Shown here one piece after another: positions 36,864-46,600 of a stretch of 64,000 bases of DNA. Numbering within the stretch: position 1 is the first letter of the stretch; the number at the start of each line of letters is the position of its first letter. The translations under genes and the position numbers were made by a program. Origin of the DNA: Bacilli bacterium (GTDB taxonomy: Bacteria > Bacillota_I > Bacilli_A > RFN20 > CAG-826). The notes under the pieces are model-generated. The model made no database searches and had not been told where the DNA came from. It saw only the letters and a list, made by a program, of their open reading frames with translations. Location: assembly GCA_900767605.1 (NCBI GenBank), contig CAAFZT010000063.1, positions 3,747 to 67,746 of the forward strand. The letters are read 5' to 3'.

Positions 36864-37300
36864 TTAAAGAACCGGGGGGTCGATGCCGGCAAAAGACAAG
36901 GATATCGATACGGAACCCTTATCGCATTCGTCTTGGTTCTCCACTTCCGTTCCTTCTAGCCAGGTGACGCCATAGTAATAACGAATTTCATCAGGATGGA
37001 TAACGCCCAGGGATTGGGGGTGGTCCAACCCCATCTTTTTATTCGGCATCTCAATGGATTCGGTATAGATATGATTGATATCCGACTTTGCATAAGAACC
37101 AATGTTAATTTGGAATCGTGGGTGGCTATCGATGGGACAAAACGATCCGTATTACCGCCGTTTTCTTGGTCGAAAACATGATAAGCAAAATGCTCTTCCC
37201 TTTCCCCGTTGGTTATCACCGGGGATTCCGGGTTCTCCGCTTCCCTCGACTTTGCTTCACGCCTTTTGAAACGGAACAAATGCGCGGGCAACTAAAAGGT
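36864..37300 (-). pseudogene. Decayed fourth TasA-like paralog (C-terminal part, frameshifted)
   Basis: 'YYYGVTWLEGTEVENQDECDKGSVSISLSFAGIDP' mirrors the C-terminus of 38190..39095. The upstream part is readable only in another frame, and the signal region is missing. Confidence 0.65.
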
Positions 37301-37351
37301 ACAGGACGGCGAGCCCGTTTACGCCCCTCTATTGTGCTTGCCTAGGTTTCC

Positions 37352-38000
37352 CTATTTCAGCGTCTCCCAATACCCTTTTTTGTTCGATCCAACGCGTTGG
37401 ATGTATCCGCTTTTCTTAAGGAAGGAAATATTGTTCTGAACGGCGGTCTCGCCTAATCTCAACTCCACCATGAGACGAGGCCGAGTGATGTTCGGGTTGT
37501 CCCGAATCAGTTCAAGCATCTTCTGTTGGGTTTGATTGAGCGTATCCCTCACTTTATCCCTCACTTTATCCCTCACTTCCGGTTGATGGACGAAATTAAA
37601 TGGGATGGTGACACGAATCGAATTTTCCTCAATGGCAATGGCGTCTTCCCCATAGAACGAGGTGATTTTCGGAACTCCCCTGCCACTGGTCTCGGAAATG
37701 TGGAGTTGGTTGATGATCTTGGCGAGGCTTTTGTTGACGGGTACCGAATCCCCTCGATAGAACCCGAGCATGGTCTGCTCCGGCGGCAACGGGCCGCGGG
37801 AGAGGATCTCCAACCTATCAGAATACATCGTGAACGCGGGGCCATAACCCGTCACCCATTTATTGTGGAGAATTGCGTTGAGTGTTGCTTCAAAAAAGGC
37901 ACTGGGTTCAAACAGTGGGACGTCCTTGCGTTCTACTTTTCGGTTCGTCTCGTCCGCTTGAATCAGATTGATGGTGTCGCCGCAATCGATCAGCTTATCC
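37352..38000 (-). pseudogene. 5'-truncated AlbA_2-family gene (HATPase_c_4-like domain plus wHTH only)
   Basis: 'ATLNAILHNKW', 'SETSGRGVPKI', 'IRVTIPFNFVHQ', VRDK x3 linker and a wHTH are present, but there is no AlbA_2 N-terminal domain. The track ORF extends to 38257 only by reading through the 3' end of the neighbouring gene. Confidence 0.6.
37543..37578 (-). repeat. 3 x 12-bp in-frame tandem repeat (VRDK linker)
   Basis: TATCCCTCACTT x3 on the plus strand. Confidence 0.9.
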
Positions 38001-38189
38001 AGAGAAACCGGGACACAACAATTGCCGAATTCCCTCACCGAATACAAGGATCTATTCTTCCCTCGTTTGCAAATGAGATTTAAAACAATGGGGATTCCAT
38101 GCGCGCAAAAACCCGGAAAGCGGTTGCAAAGCGTCCATGGAAAAGATGCCGTCCCGAGTTGGGGGCGGCATAGAAATTCGTTTATCCGT

Positions 38190-39095
38190 TTAGTAACTCG
38201 CAGGATCAATGCCAGCAAAAGACAGCGAAATCGATACGGATCCGTTTTGGCAGGCATCCTGGTTTTCCATCTCGGTACCCTCTAACCAGACCACCCCATA
38301 ATAATAACGGGTGCCTTGGGCGGTTAATTGGCCCATATATTGTTTGCTCGTAAACGGGGTGAATTGGTTTGGCATCGCGAAGTCCTCGACGTAGAAATGA
38401 TTGAAGGTCGAATCATCGCTATAACGGGACGTAGATACGGTTCGATCGGTATTTAAAATCGGCGAATCGATATAGGTATCTAACACTGCGTCCTTCTTCT
38501 TTTCAAAGACCATCTTGCATTCGCCTAGATAGGCTCCATTCGCGTCTTTTCGGTCGTAGTTCTTCTTATTTACTTCTAAAACCGATACGCGGGTCCATTG
38601 GGATAACATAACATCCGCGTCTTTTTCTTTATCCACGGGATTAATCGAAGTCCCGTTACATAAAAATAATGGCAATTCTGTAGTTCCGGGGTTTGTTACC
38701 GAAAACCGGAACAAGGTGTAATAATGATAATCCCCTGTCACGTTTCTAACGTTATAGCACTTCCCGTTTAATTGGGATGAATCCATCCAATCGGGACGAT
38801 AGATGGTTCGTCCGTCTTTGCTGGATACATCCTTCGTCACGGATTCGTTGGATAACAAGGTTTGATGGACGCCACTATGGTCTCCATTTCCTTCTTGCAT
38901 CACGGCTTTCGGATCGGATATCGAATCAATCGATACCCTTAAATGGCCATAGTTGCCATTGACGGTAATCGAAGAATAATTCATCGATACCGAGCGGTTG
39001 ACGTTAAACCAAGCAAGAGTGGAAACCGCCGCGGTGGATAAAGAAGCCACGATTAAAACCGAGATGGCAATCAGGGCTTTGTTGGGATTTTTCAT
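38190..39095 (-). CDS. TasA/CalY-class secreted protein with SipW-cognate signal (array member 3)
   Basis: 'SLSTAAVSTLAWFNVNRS' resembles TasA/CalY 'GGGTFAYFSD'. Family C-terminal block 'YYYGVVWLEGTEMENQDACQNGSVSISLSF'. Confidence 0.7.
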   Translation of the reverse strand: MKNPNKALIAISVLIVASLSTAAVSTLAWFNVNRSVSMNYSSITVNGNYGHLRVSIDSISDPKAVMQEGNGDHSGVHQTLLSNESVTKDVSSKDGRTIYRPDWMDSSQLNGKCYNVRNVTGDYHYYTLFRFSVTNPGTTELPLFLCNGTSINPVDKEKDADVMLSQWTRVSVLEVNKKNYDRKDANGAYLGECKMVFEKKKDAVLDTYIDSPILNTDRTVSTSRYSDDSTFNHFYVEDFAMPNQFTPFTSKQYMGQLTAQGTRYYYGVVWLEGTEMENQDACQNGSVSISLSFAGIDPASY

Positions 39096-39136
39096 CGCGG
39101 CGGTTTCCTTTCTTCTTGAATTATAAGTAGAGATAA

Positions 39137-39162
39137 GCGGGAGAGGGAATCCCCTCCCCCGC
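39137..39162 (-). terminator. GC-rich intergenic hairpin (attenuator or partial terminator) after the putative major subunit gene
   Basis: Minus strand reads GCGGGGGAGGG-GATT-CCCTCTCCCGC (one mismatch). The downstream U-tract is weak. Confidence 0.45.
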
Positions 39163-39191
39163 TTCTAGACGTAGGGTTTTAACGAAACGGA

Positions 39192-40097
39192 TTAGGCGCC
39201 AGCGCCAACAGTCTCGATACCAGTGAGTTTCAACGTGACGTCAACAGCTCCGCCAGCAGCCGTGTCTTGATTGTCGGATTCGGTGCCTTCGAGCCAAACG
39301 GAGACAATATAAGCTTTCGTAGCATCCGCGGCTAATTCGCCCAAATAAGCAACGTTGCCCGTAGTCTTGGTGACACCAGAAACAACCGGCGCAAAGTTCC
39401 CAACTTTATGAGTCGCAGTCACAACGTTGGCAATGGTGGCTTTATTTTCAGTTGTCACAGCCTTAGAGGCGATACCTTGTCCTTTATTGGCGCCAGAATC
39501 CTCATTTTCAAAGATAACCTTCAAGGTGGCGTCAGCGACATTATCGGCGGTCGGAATCTTTGTGCTATCCTTCGCTTCTAAAACGGCGACACGAGTCCAT
39601 TGAGCAAGCGCAGCATCGGCCTTGTTTCCGGCCGCATTGGCTTTAACCGCGGTTCCTTCATTGAAGAAGACGTGGGTCTTAGTATTACCGGTATTCTTCA
39701 CCGTGAAATAGAATTGGGTGAATCCGTCCGTAGCTTCCTTGACGGAATAAACTTTAGCATTGTTCCCTGCAACGCCTTTCCAGTCCGGCTTATAGAATTT
39801 CTTTCCATCAACAGAGGAGACGTCCGTGGTGAAGGATTTCGCCGAGGCTAGCGAAATCGCATCGGCAAAAGATCCGTCCTTATCGTTGTAGTTGGATTGA
39901 GCATTTAATCCGCCATCGGTGATACCGCCAAGGGTAACTTGGAGTTTAGCGTTGGAGGATTGAGCAACAATCTTGGAATAGGTGAGGGTCGCACTGCGGT
40001 TGGTGGTGAACCAAGCGAAGGTGCCGGTAGCGCCGGCGACCGCGGTTCCGGCCGTGAGGACGGAGAGAGCGAGGACGAGTTTAGCTTTCGTTTTCAT
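39192..40097 (-). CDS. TasA/CalY-class secreted protein with SipW-cognate signal (array member 2; Ala/Thr/Gly-rich, candidate major subunit)
   Basis: 'AVAGATGTFAWFTTNRS'. C-terminal 'YIVSVWLEGTESDNQDTAAGGAVDVTLKLTG'. Confidence 0.7.
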   Translation of the reverse strand: MKTKAKLVLALSVLTAGTAVAGATGTFAWFTTNRSATLTYSKIVAQSSNAKLQVTLGGITDGGLNAQSNYNDKDGSFADAISLASAKSFTTDVSSVDGKKFYKPDWKGVAGNNAKVYSVKEATDGFTQFYFTVKNTGNTKTHVFFNEGTAVKANAAGNKADAALAQWTRVAVLEAKDSTKIPTADNVADATLKVIFENEDSGANKGQGIASKAVTTENKATIANVVTATHKVGNFAPVVSGVTKTTGNVAYLGELAADATKAYIVSVWLEGTESDNQDTAAGGAVDVTLKLTGIETVGAGA

Positions 40098-40140
40098 TTG
40101 TTTTGATTTCCTTTCAATGAATGTATGAATTGAAGATTAA

Positions 40141-41100
40141 TTAAGCGATGGCTTTCGAGAGGGCATTGATTTCGAGATTGATGTCCACCTTGCCGCCTTG
40201 GGCGGAACGTTGGTCATTATTCTCACTGCCTTCGAGCCAGACGCGGACCACATAATAGGAGGTGGTTCCACTTGCAATCGTGCTGAGATAGTTCTTGGAA
40301 GATGTGTTGGAGTCTTTGCTCGTATTGGCAAATACTCCTTCGTCCCCTAGAACATAATGGCGATCGCTATCTTGATAGGATGCAAGATCCAATTTGTCAT
40401 CCGTAATTAGGTTCTTGGATTGGATGAATTGGGTCTTATCCGCGGTTACTCCCGTTGCTGGCTTCGTTTCGAACGTCAGGATGGGAGTGAGTTCGCTAGA
40501 AACGATATCATCGTGCCTAGCAATCGGGGTTAGAGGATTTTCTCCTTGGAGAATTGCCACACGAGTCCAGCTGGTCGCGGCCTCATTGGCTTTCTTTTGG
40601 GCTTCGTCGCTATCATCGTGAGCAAACACACGGGTGCCTGCGGTCAGATAGACTTCAAACGGACGATCCGTTTTGGCGTTATATCCGGCTTCTCCTTGTT
40701 TAATCCCCTTGTGGGTTAACGAGAAGGCGTATTCGGCGTAATAGGTATTGGCGCCACCTTCGGAGACATCATTGACGCGGACGGGGGCTTTGTCGTTGCC
40801 GATTTCCATTCCCCAGTCCGGAGAATAGAAGGTCTTGCCGTCTTTACTACTCACATCGCTTGCGGTGCTTGTGGCTCCAGAAATCGTTTGGGCTTTGTCA
40901 TTTCCGGTAGCCGTCGCTCCATCCAAGCTAATGAGTTGGCCGCTTAATTCCGCGGAGCGATTTTGCATCGTGACCGAGGAATAGGCGAGACTCACCGTCC
41001 GGTTCACTTGGAACCAGGCGAAGGTGGATGCGCCTGCAGCCGCCAAAGCGCCAACTGAGAGGACGGAGATCGCCATCAAAGCTTTGGTTTTGCCTTTCAT
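40141..41100 (-). CDS. TasA/CalY-class secreted protein with SipW-cognate signal (array member 1)
   Basis: 'LAAAGASTFAWFQVNRT'. C-terminal 'YYVVRVWLEGSENNDQRSAQGGKVDINLEI'. SD is GAAAGGAAG. Confidence 0.7.
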   Translation of the reverse strand: MKGKTKALMAISVLSVGALAAAGASTFAWFQVNRTVSLAYSSVTMQNRSAELSGQLISLDGATATGNDKAQTISGATSTASDVSSKDGKTFYSPDWGMEIGNDKAPVRVNDVSEGGANTYYAEYAFSLTHKGIKQGEAGYNAKTDRPFEVYLTAGTRVFAHDDSDEAQKKANEAATSWTRVAILQGENPLTPIARHDDIVSSELTPILTFETKPATGVTADKTQFIQSKNLITDDKLDLASYQDSDRHYVLGDEGVFANTSKDSNTSSKNYLSTIASGTTSYYVVRVWLEGSENNDQRSAQGGKVDINLEINALSKAIA

Positions 41101-41239
41101 TGCTTCCTTTCTGTTCCTTATTCTTTATTTATTAGGAACTTGAATCCGCGTATTTGGGCGTTCCCCGCCAACGCGGATGCGGGGAATTTGAATTCCAGCA
41201 CGACGAAGAATTGGTCTCCCCCGTATGCTAGATGGCTCT

Positions 41240-41267
41240 ATTATAGAATTTAAGAAACGGGTTTCAA
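41240..41267 (-). promoter_or_regulatory. Sigma-A-type promoter for the TasA-like array
   Basis: Minus strand reads TTGAAA-16 nt-TATAAT. Confidence 0.5.
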
Positions 41268-41547
41268 CCATAAAGTAAGCATTCCCTTACTATTTATTTG
41301 TTTTATGCGATGATTAGGGGCTTTGTTGCTCTTTCTCTTTGGGTACTAGACTTCCCTTGGATTGGGGTTCTTGCTCCTTCTTATCCTCCTGTTGACTTCT
41401 TCTGGTCCATGGGCTTCCTGCGAGGAGTTGGAACGTCAAGCAGTCCCCATTTCGTAGACGCTTCCCCATTTCTTTAATCTTTCAGGATTCTATATGCTAA
41501 TTGGACTTCCACGATCCATAGACTCGATATAAGGGCCTACTTTCCGG

Positions 41548-41763
41548 TTACGATATCCCTTTATCTATTTCAGTCCTTCCCATATGGTTGGCTTTACATA
41601 AGTAATCCCATGCGTTCCAATAACCATCTTGGATTCGTTTGATTGCTTTTGTCCCAATGGAAGGGACGGAGAGGGCACATGAGGGAACATGATAGGGCAC
41701 ATGATATGGTTTTTGCAGGGCACATGATGAAACAGGATTAAAAATTACCCTTTCGACAGCCAC
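41548..41763 (-). pseudogene. Possible highly decayed AlbA_2-family remnant
   Basis: 'VIFNPV' resembles 'IPFNFV'. An internal GGGCACATGA-type repeat occurs x4 (41673-41727). The 'DGYWNA' tail resembles 'KGYWET'. Weak overall. Confidence 0.3.
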
Positions 41764-41823
41764 CTTCTTTGTACACTTTTTGAGCGGCGGCTGTCTACTT
41801 AGAGATTAGCAGTAGTCCAATTT

Positions 41824-41870
41824 GTCACTTTATTATCACTTTATTTGTCACTTTATTGTCACTTTATTTT
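41824..41870. repeat. 4 copies of a ~12-bp tandem repeat, (G/A)TCACTTTATT
   Basis: GTCACTTTATTATCACTTTATTTGTCACTTTATTGTCACTTTATTTT. Shares TCACTTTAT with the 37543-37578 coding repeat. Confidence 0.85.
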
Positions 41871-42230
41871 GATGGGAGGATGGAGCAAATTTGCGAGAAG
41901 CCTAGCAAAGCAACTTCTTCTTTCCCCACCCCTCTTGGGAGCAACACCGTGTTTGTCTTTCAAAGAGAAACATCAGGCAAGGGGATACGCTTTCCTTTTA
42001 GAAAAATTACGTCCAAGGCATGGACAATGGATGATATATCGGTTACACGGAATTTGAAAAATGGTGATACCAATGAATCAAAATCAAAAGATGCTAGAAA
42101 GGATGGTGGACGCTGGCAACGGAAAAGATTTGCCAACCTGTCTTAGTCCTTCGATGGCCTTGATTTTCCCGTTGCCTCTAAACCGAAGGAGTTGTTGGAT
42201 TTCCTTATTCCGTTTAAATACGACATCCGT

Positions 42231-43376
42231 TTAGTCTATTTGTCCTCCTGCAAATTCGCTTAATCCCAGGCGAAGGAAATGTTCTAACCCCATGTGGATA
42301 ATTCCGCTTCCATCCTTCCAGGGGGCAGTTTCGATCGGAACAACGACGATTTTCAAATAAGAATCTTTTAAAAACTTCGCCATGGTTTCCGCTTCCTTGA
42401 ATCCATCGGAATCCCCATACGACAAATAAATTTTGTCGCGGCCCTTTCGTAAAACGAATGCGACATCCAAAGCTTGGAACGTTCCGTTGAATTTGCCATA
42501 CACATAACCGCTTGAAACACGGTAAGACTCTTCGATTAGTTTGGACAAAATCATCGTTTTATCTTCGACGGCGTGGTCTCTCTTCTCCCCTTGGAAGCTA
42601 ACGTCCATCGGGTAAAGAGCAAAAGAACGGGCATTCGTCTGTTCCGTCTCTACGTTTTCTCTAGGCAACATTTGGAGCAGATTCGCGCCTTTTAAGAAAT
42701 CAAAATAAGAGAGAAAGGTATTAATGGAAAGTTTGGATTCCAACTCCAGGCGAATTTGATTCACCGTGAGCGGGGTGTCGCAACGATTCAACGAATGACG
42801 AAAAACCGACTCGATATTCCGTGAATAGTCTCCACGGAACTTTTTCAATTGGCGTCCTTCTTCGATTGCTTTTGTCAGGCACTCGTCCTTGGAGACGAAA
42901 AGACCGCCACGTTGTAGATATTCTTCCTGACTTTTCACGGAACCGGACTTCAAGGAATCGATATAAGAAACGGGCGTGAAAGCAAAGCGCTGGAAGCGTC
43001 CGCGAATTAGGGTCTCTTTCTCCCCCAGGGCAAAAGAAGGTTCTAAATCGCTGGTCGCAATAACGTCCACATCGCTTTGTCCAGCACAAGCATCGAACAA
43101 GGATTCCGAATGTTCGAAGAGAAATATATCATCGATAAGGACAATTACATGTTTATCGTGTTCTTTCCTAACCCTCAAAAGCAATGCAGCGGGGTCGTTG
43201 CAAACGGATTGGCGAATTTCAATGATTTGATAATCGGGGCAAGCGCTTAGTTCGTTAAAAAGGTCATGGAATAAAAAACGGGATTTCCCAGAACCAGCCA
43301 GGCCAACAAGCAGCTTGAGCAATCCGTTCCCAAAACTATTTAAGATTTCTTTTTTAAGTGAGGTCCGCATATCCAC
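42231..43376 (-). CDS. P-loop ATPase (AAA_14/COG1373-like?)
   Basis: Walker A 'GLAGSGKSRF', Walker B 'VIVLIDDIF'. Confidence 0.55.
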   Translation of the reverse strand: MDMRTSLKKEILNSFGNGLLKLLVGLAGSGKSRFLFHDLFNELSACPDYQIIEIRQSVCNDPAALLLRVRKEHDKHVIVLIDDIFLFEHSESLFDACAGQSDVDVIATSDLEPSFALGEKETLIRGRFQRFAFTPVSYIDSLKSGSVKSQEEYLQRGGLFVSKDECLTKAIEEGRQLKKFRGDYSRNIESVFRHSLNRCDTPLTVNQIRLELESKLSINTFLSYFDFLKGANLLQMLPRENVETEQTNARSFALYPMDVSFQGEKRDHAVEDKTMILSKLIEESYRVSSGYVYGKFNGTFQALDVAFVLRKGRDKIYLSYGDSDGFKEAETMAKFLKDSYLKIVVVPIETAPWKDGSGIIHMGLEHFLRLGLSEFAGGQID

Positions 43377-43404
43377 AAGAAAATATTATCCTTTTTCTCC
43401 GTCT

Positions 43405-43510
43405 GAATGAAGTAATTATTTCATTAATTTTATTTTTTAGTGAGATTATTACTTAAATTTCAGTATTTATTTCATTAATTTTCCTTTTTAATGAAATTCT
43501 TACTACTCCT
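43405..43510. repeat. Direct and inverted repeats upstream of the 42231..43376 ATPase gene
   Basis: TTATTTCATTAATTTT at 43416 and 43467. Inverted AATGAAAT at about 43490. AAGTAAT/ATTACTT pair. Confidence 0.7.
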
Positions 43511-43693
43511 TGTGAACGGGATAAAATGGCTGCGGAGACAATAAAGTACGGCGTTTTGATTCATCCTATCCATAATTATTGATATAGATGTAACCAACGG
43601 CTTTATCGAACAGGATAGGGGATTCTTCTTTGCTGTTCTAGAGTTTTCTCCGCTTCGTTACGATATTTTTCGAAGTGAAATCCTTCCAAAAAA

Positions 43694-46600
43694 TCAGGCA
43701 TTGGTATAGACAACCGTCCCGTTCAGGGAGATGGTGACCGTCATGGTGCCGGATGGAGTTTGGGTGATAAGAATCGTAGGATGAGGATCTTGTTGGTCTT
43801 CCCCTGCTGCAAGAAAGCCCTGAATCGTTTGGTAGCCATCCCCATCAGGATCAACCAAGGTTAAGGTATATTGGAAGGTAGCTTCCGTTTGAGAAGTTCC
43901 ATCCGCCTTCTTGTTTAAATAGGAATAAGAGAATCCCACTAGGACCTTAGAGGCATCGGGATCGTTCCAGTGGATCGAATCTAGTTCGCTTGAATCGTAT
44001 GCAGAACCTTGTTTCGCCTCTCCTTCTGCTTCATCGCGGTAGATTGGAACGATCGAAGTATCGGTGAGCTCGGAGGTATCTTCCACCCAAGACGAATCTT
44101 CGCCTTGATAATAACGATGGATTTCCCGTGGACGAGAGGTCGTGGAGGTCGTCCCTGTCAATAAATTCTCCTTAGTTACGGTTTCATCGAGGAAATCCAC
44201 ACGGGCTAAGGTTCGCTTATTCACGGAGTAATCATAGAAATGCAATCGACGTAGGGTCTTGGTTTTCCTAGAAAATGGCTCCGGTTCCTTTAAAGCCTCT
44301 CCAGTGGGGGACTCCAATGCGATTCCATCCCCTTTAAACGAAGGAGAAACGGAATCATCGACGCCGCCGACTTCCACTTTCTGGTCTTCGGGGGCGGAAT
44401 CTCGTTGCAAGGTCAAAGTCCCCACATATCCCGATCGAACCAAGACGCAAACCGAATCGGTGGGGTCTACCGACGAGGTGCCAGTCGCCACAAGGGATAC
44501 ACCCAAGGGGAAATAAAACGATTCTTGGATTTCGTGGATGAACTCCGTAACGCGGGTACGGTTGATTTCTTTGGCGGACGCCCCAATGTCAAGGTACATC
44601 AAATAGCAGCCAACACCACCGGAGACGGAGCCCAAGGCATATTCCCCTTCATTGACGGGGACTTCGAAGTAATAGGCTTTCTGGTATAGCAAATCGTTTC
44701 GCTTCATGATGCGAGCGACATCGAAAATCGAGGAATATCCCGTGGGCTTGCTAGGGGACTTCCCATAGGATTCTTCCATAGGGGTTACCCCGTCCATTTC
44801 TAGTTTCTCTCCCTTGTCGCTTAAACGGTAGGGCAAGGAATAGAAGCCGTCTTGATAGGCGTAAACATAGGGGTATTCGGGGTGATCGTCGTTACGAAAG
44901 ATCGCTTGGATTTGTCGGATTTCATGAACCTTGGACGCGTTCCCCAAATCGCGGATAATTTGATGCAAAGAAAAGAAACTGTTGTTGCGTCCCTCGCCGC
45001 CAGAGCCAGAATCAAAATACGTTCCCGACATGAAATTGATGCTGCCCTTCTCCTTCAATTGGAAGTTAATGGAATTAGCGGGCATTTGATAGTCCGTATG
45101 GGTTTGGTTATTGATGGAAACCCAAGGGGCGGTGACGAGATTATCCGTAGAGAGGTTTGCATCCATAAAATGGATGCCCCAGATGCTTTTGCTTCCTTTC
45201 AAGCTATTGTTCCAAAGCCCATTGGTGACTTCGGAATATTTGCTTAAAACCGTGTCGTCGCCCTCGGCCGTCCAAACGGTTTTGCCGTTGATGTTCTTCG
45301 AAGAAATCGTGGCATTTTTCCCTTGATTATTGATTGTTTTGACGTTAAAAAATCCCTCGCTATCGGAATAGCAATCCGAGATATTTTCAGCGATTTCGAA
45401 TTTGCCGAAACGAAAATTAACGTGGTGATAATCGTACTTTTGCAGATAAGAATCCTTATAAGTGGATCCCCCAATCAGATAACCGGTGTTGTTCTCCGTC
45501 GGCTCGTACTTCTTCGCTCCATATTTCGAGGCTTCCTCTTGTGTCGTGTAAGCGTTAATCGGAGAGAAGGTGTTTTCGTTGCCAGAATAATCGACCTTGG
45601 ATTCGGAACGGTCAAAAACTTCGCGGCTTATCGTTTCAAAGGGATTCGTAGATGCTCTCACTTCGACACGTTCGGAACTAGTGGTCCCCTGAAGAGAAAC
45701 GAGGTTGACGCTGGAAGTCTCTCTGGAAGCCGTCCAGTTGCTATTATTGAAGGTAAGATAGTAATCGCCACTCCAACGAGAGTAATAAAGAGAGACCGTG
45801 GAGCTAAGGGAAGACGAAGAAAAATACAAATTCGTATTCGAACTCGTGGAAACGCCTACGCTTGCCGTCGGATTAAACAAACCCGAAACGGAAATATCAA
45901 GATAATACCGGGCGGAATCCACCACGGTATAGATATTGGCCTGATTTTGGTTGATTTCAATGGTCCACCTCGTGGCTTTCCAGGGATTGGTGGTATTCTC
46001 CACCCCGTTTCGGCTATCGTTGATTTTCATATAATTGGAGCCAGAAGAAATCAAAAACGTGGAACCGCTGGTAAATTGGGAGCGTTCCACTAACGACCAC
46101 CCGGCAGTCGCCCCCGTCCCTGTTTCTGAGGGAACGGTGAACCGGAGATAATAGGTCTTCCCGTTAAGGATCGAAGAGATTTTGGAAGAGGGGCCCACGT
46201 ACCAGTCGGTGGCGCGAGAAGAATCTGTTGTAGTTTTCAGTTTTCCCGCTTCGTTAACCAAATAGTATTCCGCACCGTCGCGGACTTGGGAAATGGTGCC
46301 ATAATCGCCGGAAGATGGCATTTTCCAAACGTAAGCGTTCTCCGCGTTTTCTTCATAGCCAAGGGTGCCGTCGCTTCGAAGAGAAAGGAAGTAATCGCTT
46401 CCCCCATTGGAATAAACGATGGCTGAATAATAGTGTTTTTCGACCTCTTCTCGATAAATGTTAGCGCGTTGGTAGTACCCACCATCGAGCAACGTATAGA
46501 CGCCGTAAGTTTTCGATGCATTCTCCTTATCGCTTCCATTGTTCCGGTAAAGGAAATTGTAATTCCCGATTTTGGGGTTATAGGTCGCGGAATGGAAATC

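Noticed and set aside
38000-38257. The full 301-aa ORF 37352..38257 as an intact gene.
   Set aside because: Its first ~85 codons have no family similarity and overlap the 3' end of 38190..39095 in another frame. Homology to the AlbA_2 family begins only around residue 88, so it is a 5'-truncated copy with fortuitous read-through.
41101-41235. c-di-AMP (ydaO-type) riboswitch, suggested by the two 'CGGGG.A..CCAA' strings.
   Set aside because: The element is too short, and the conserved CCGAAUCC-type segments I recall are missing. I kept it only as an unclassified structured leader.
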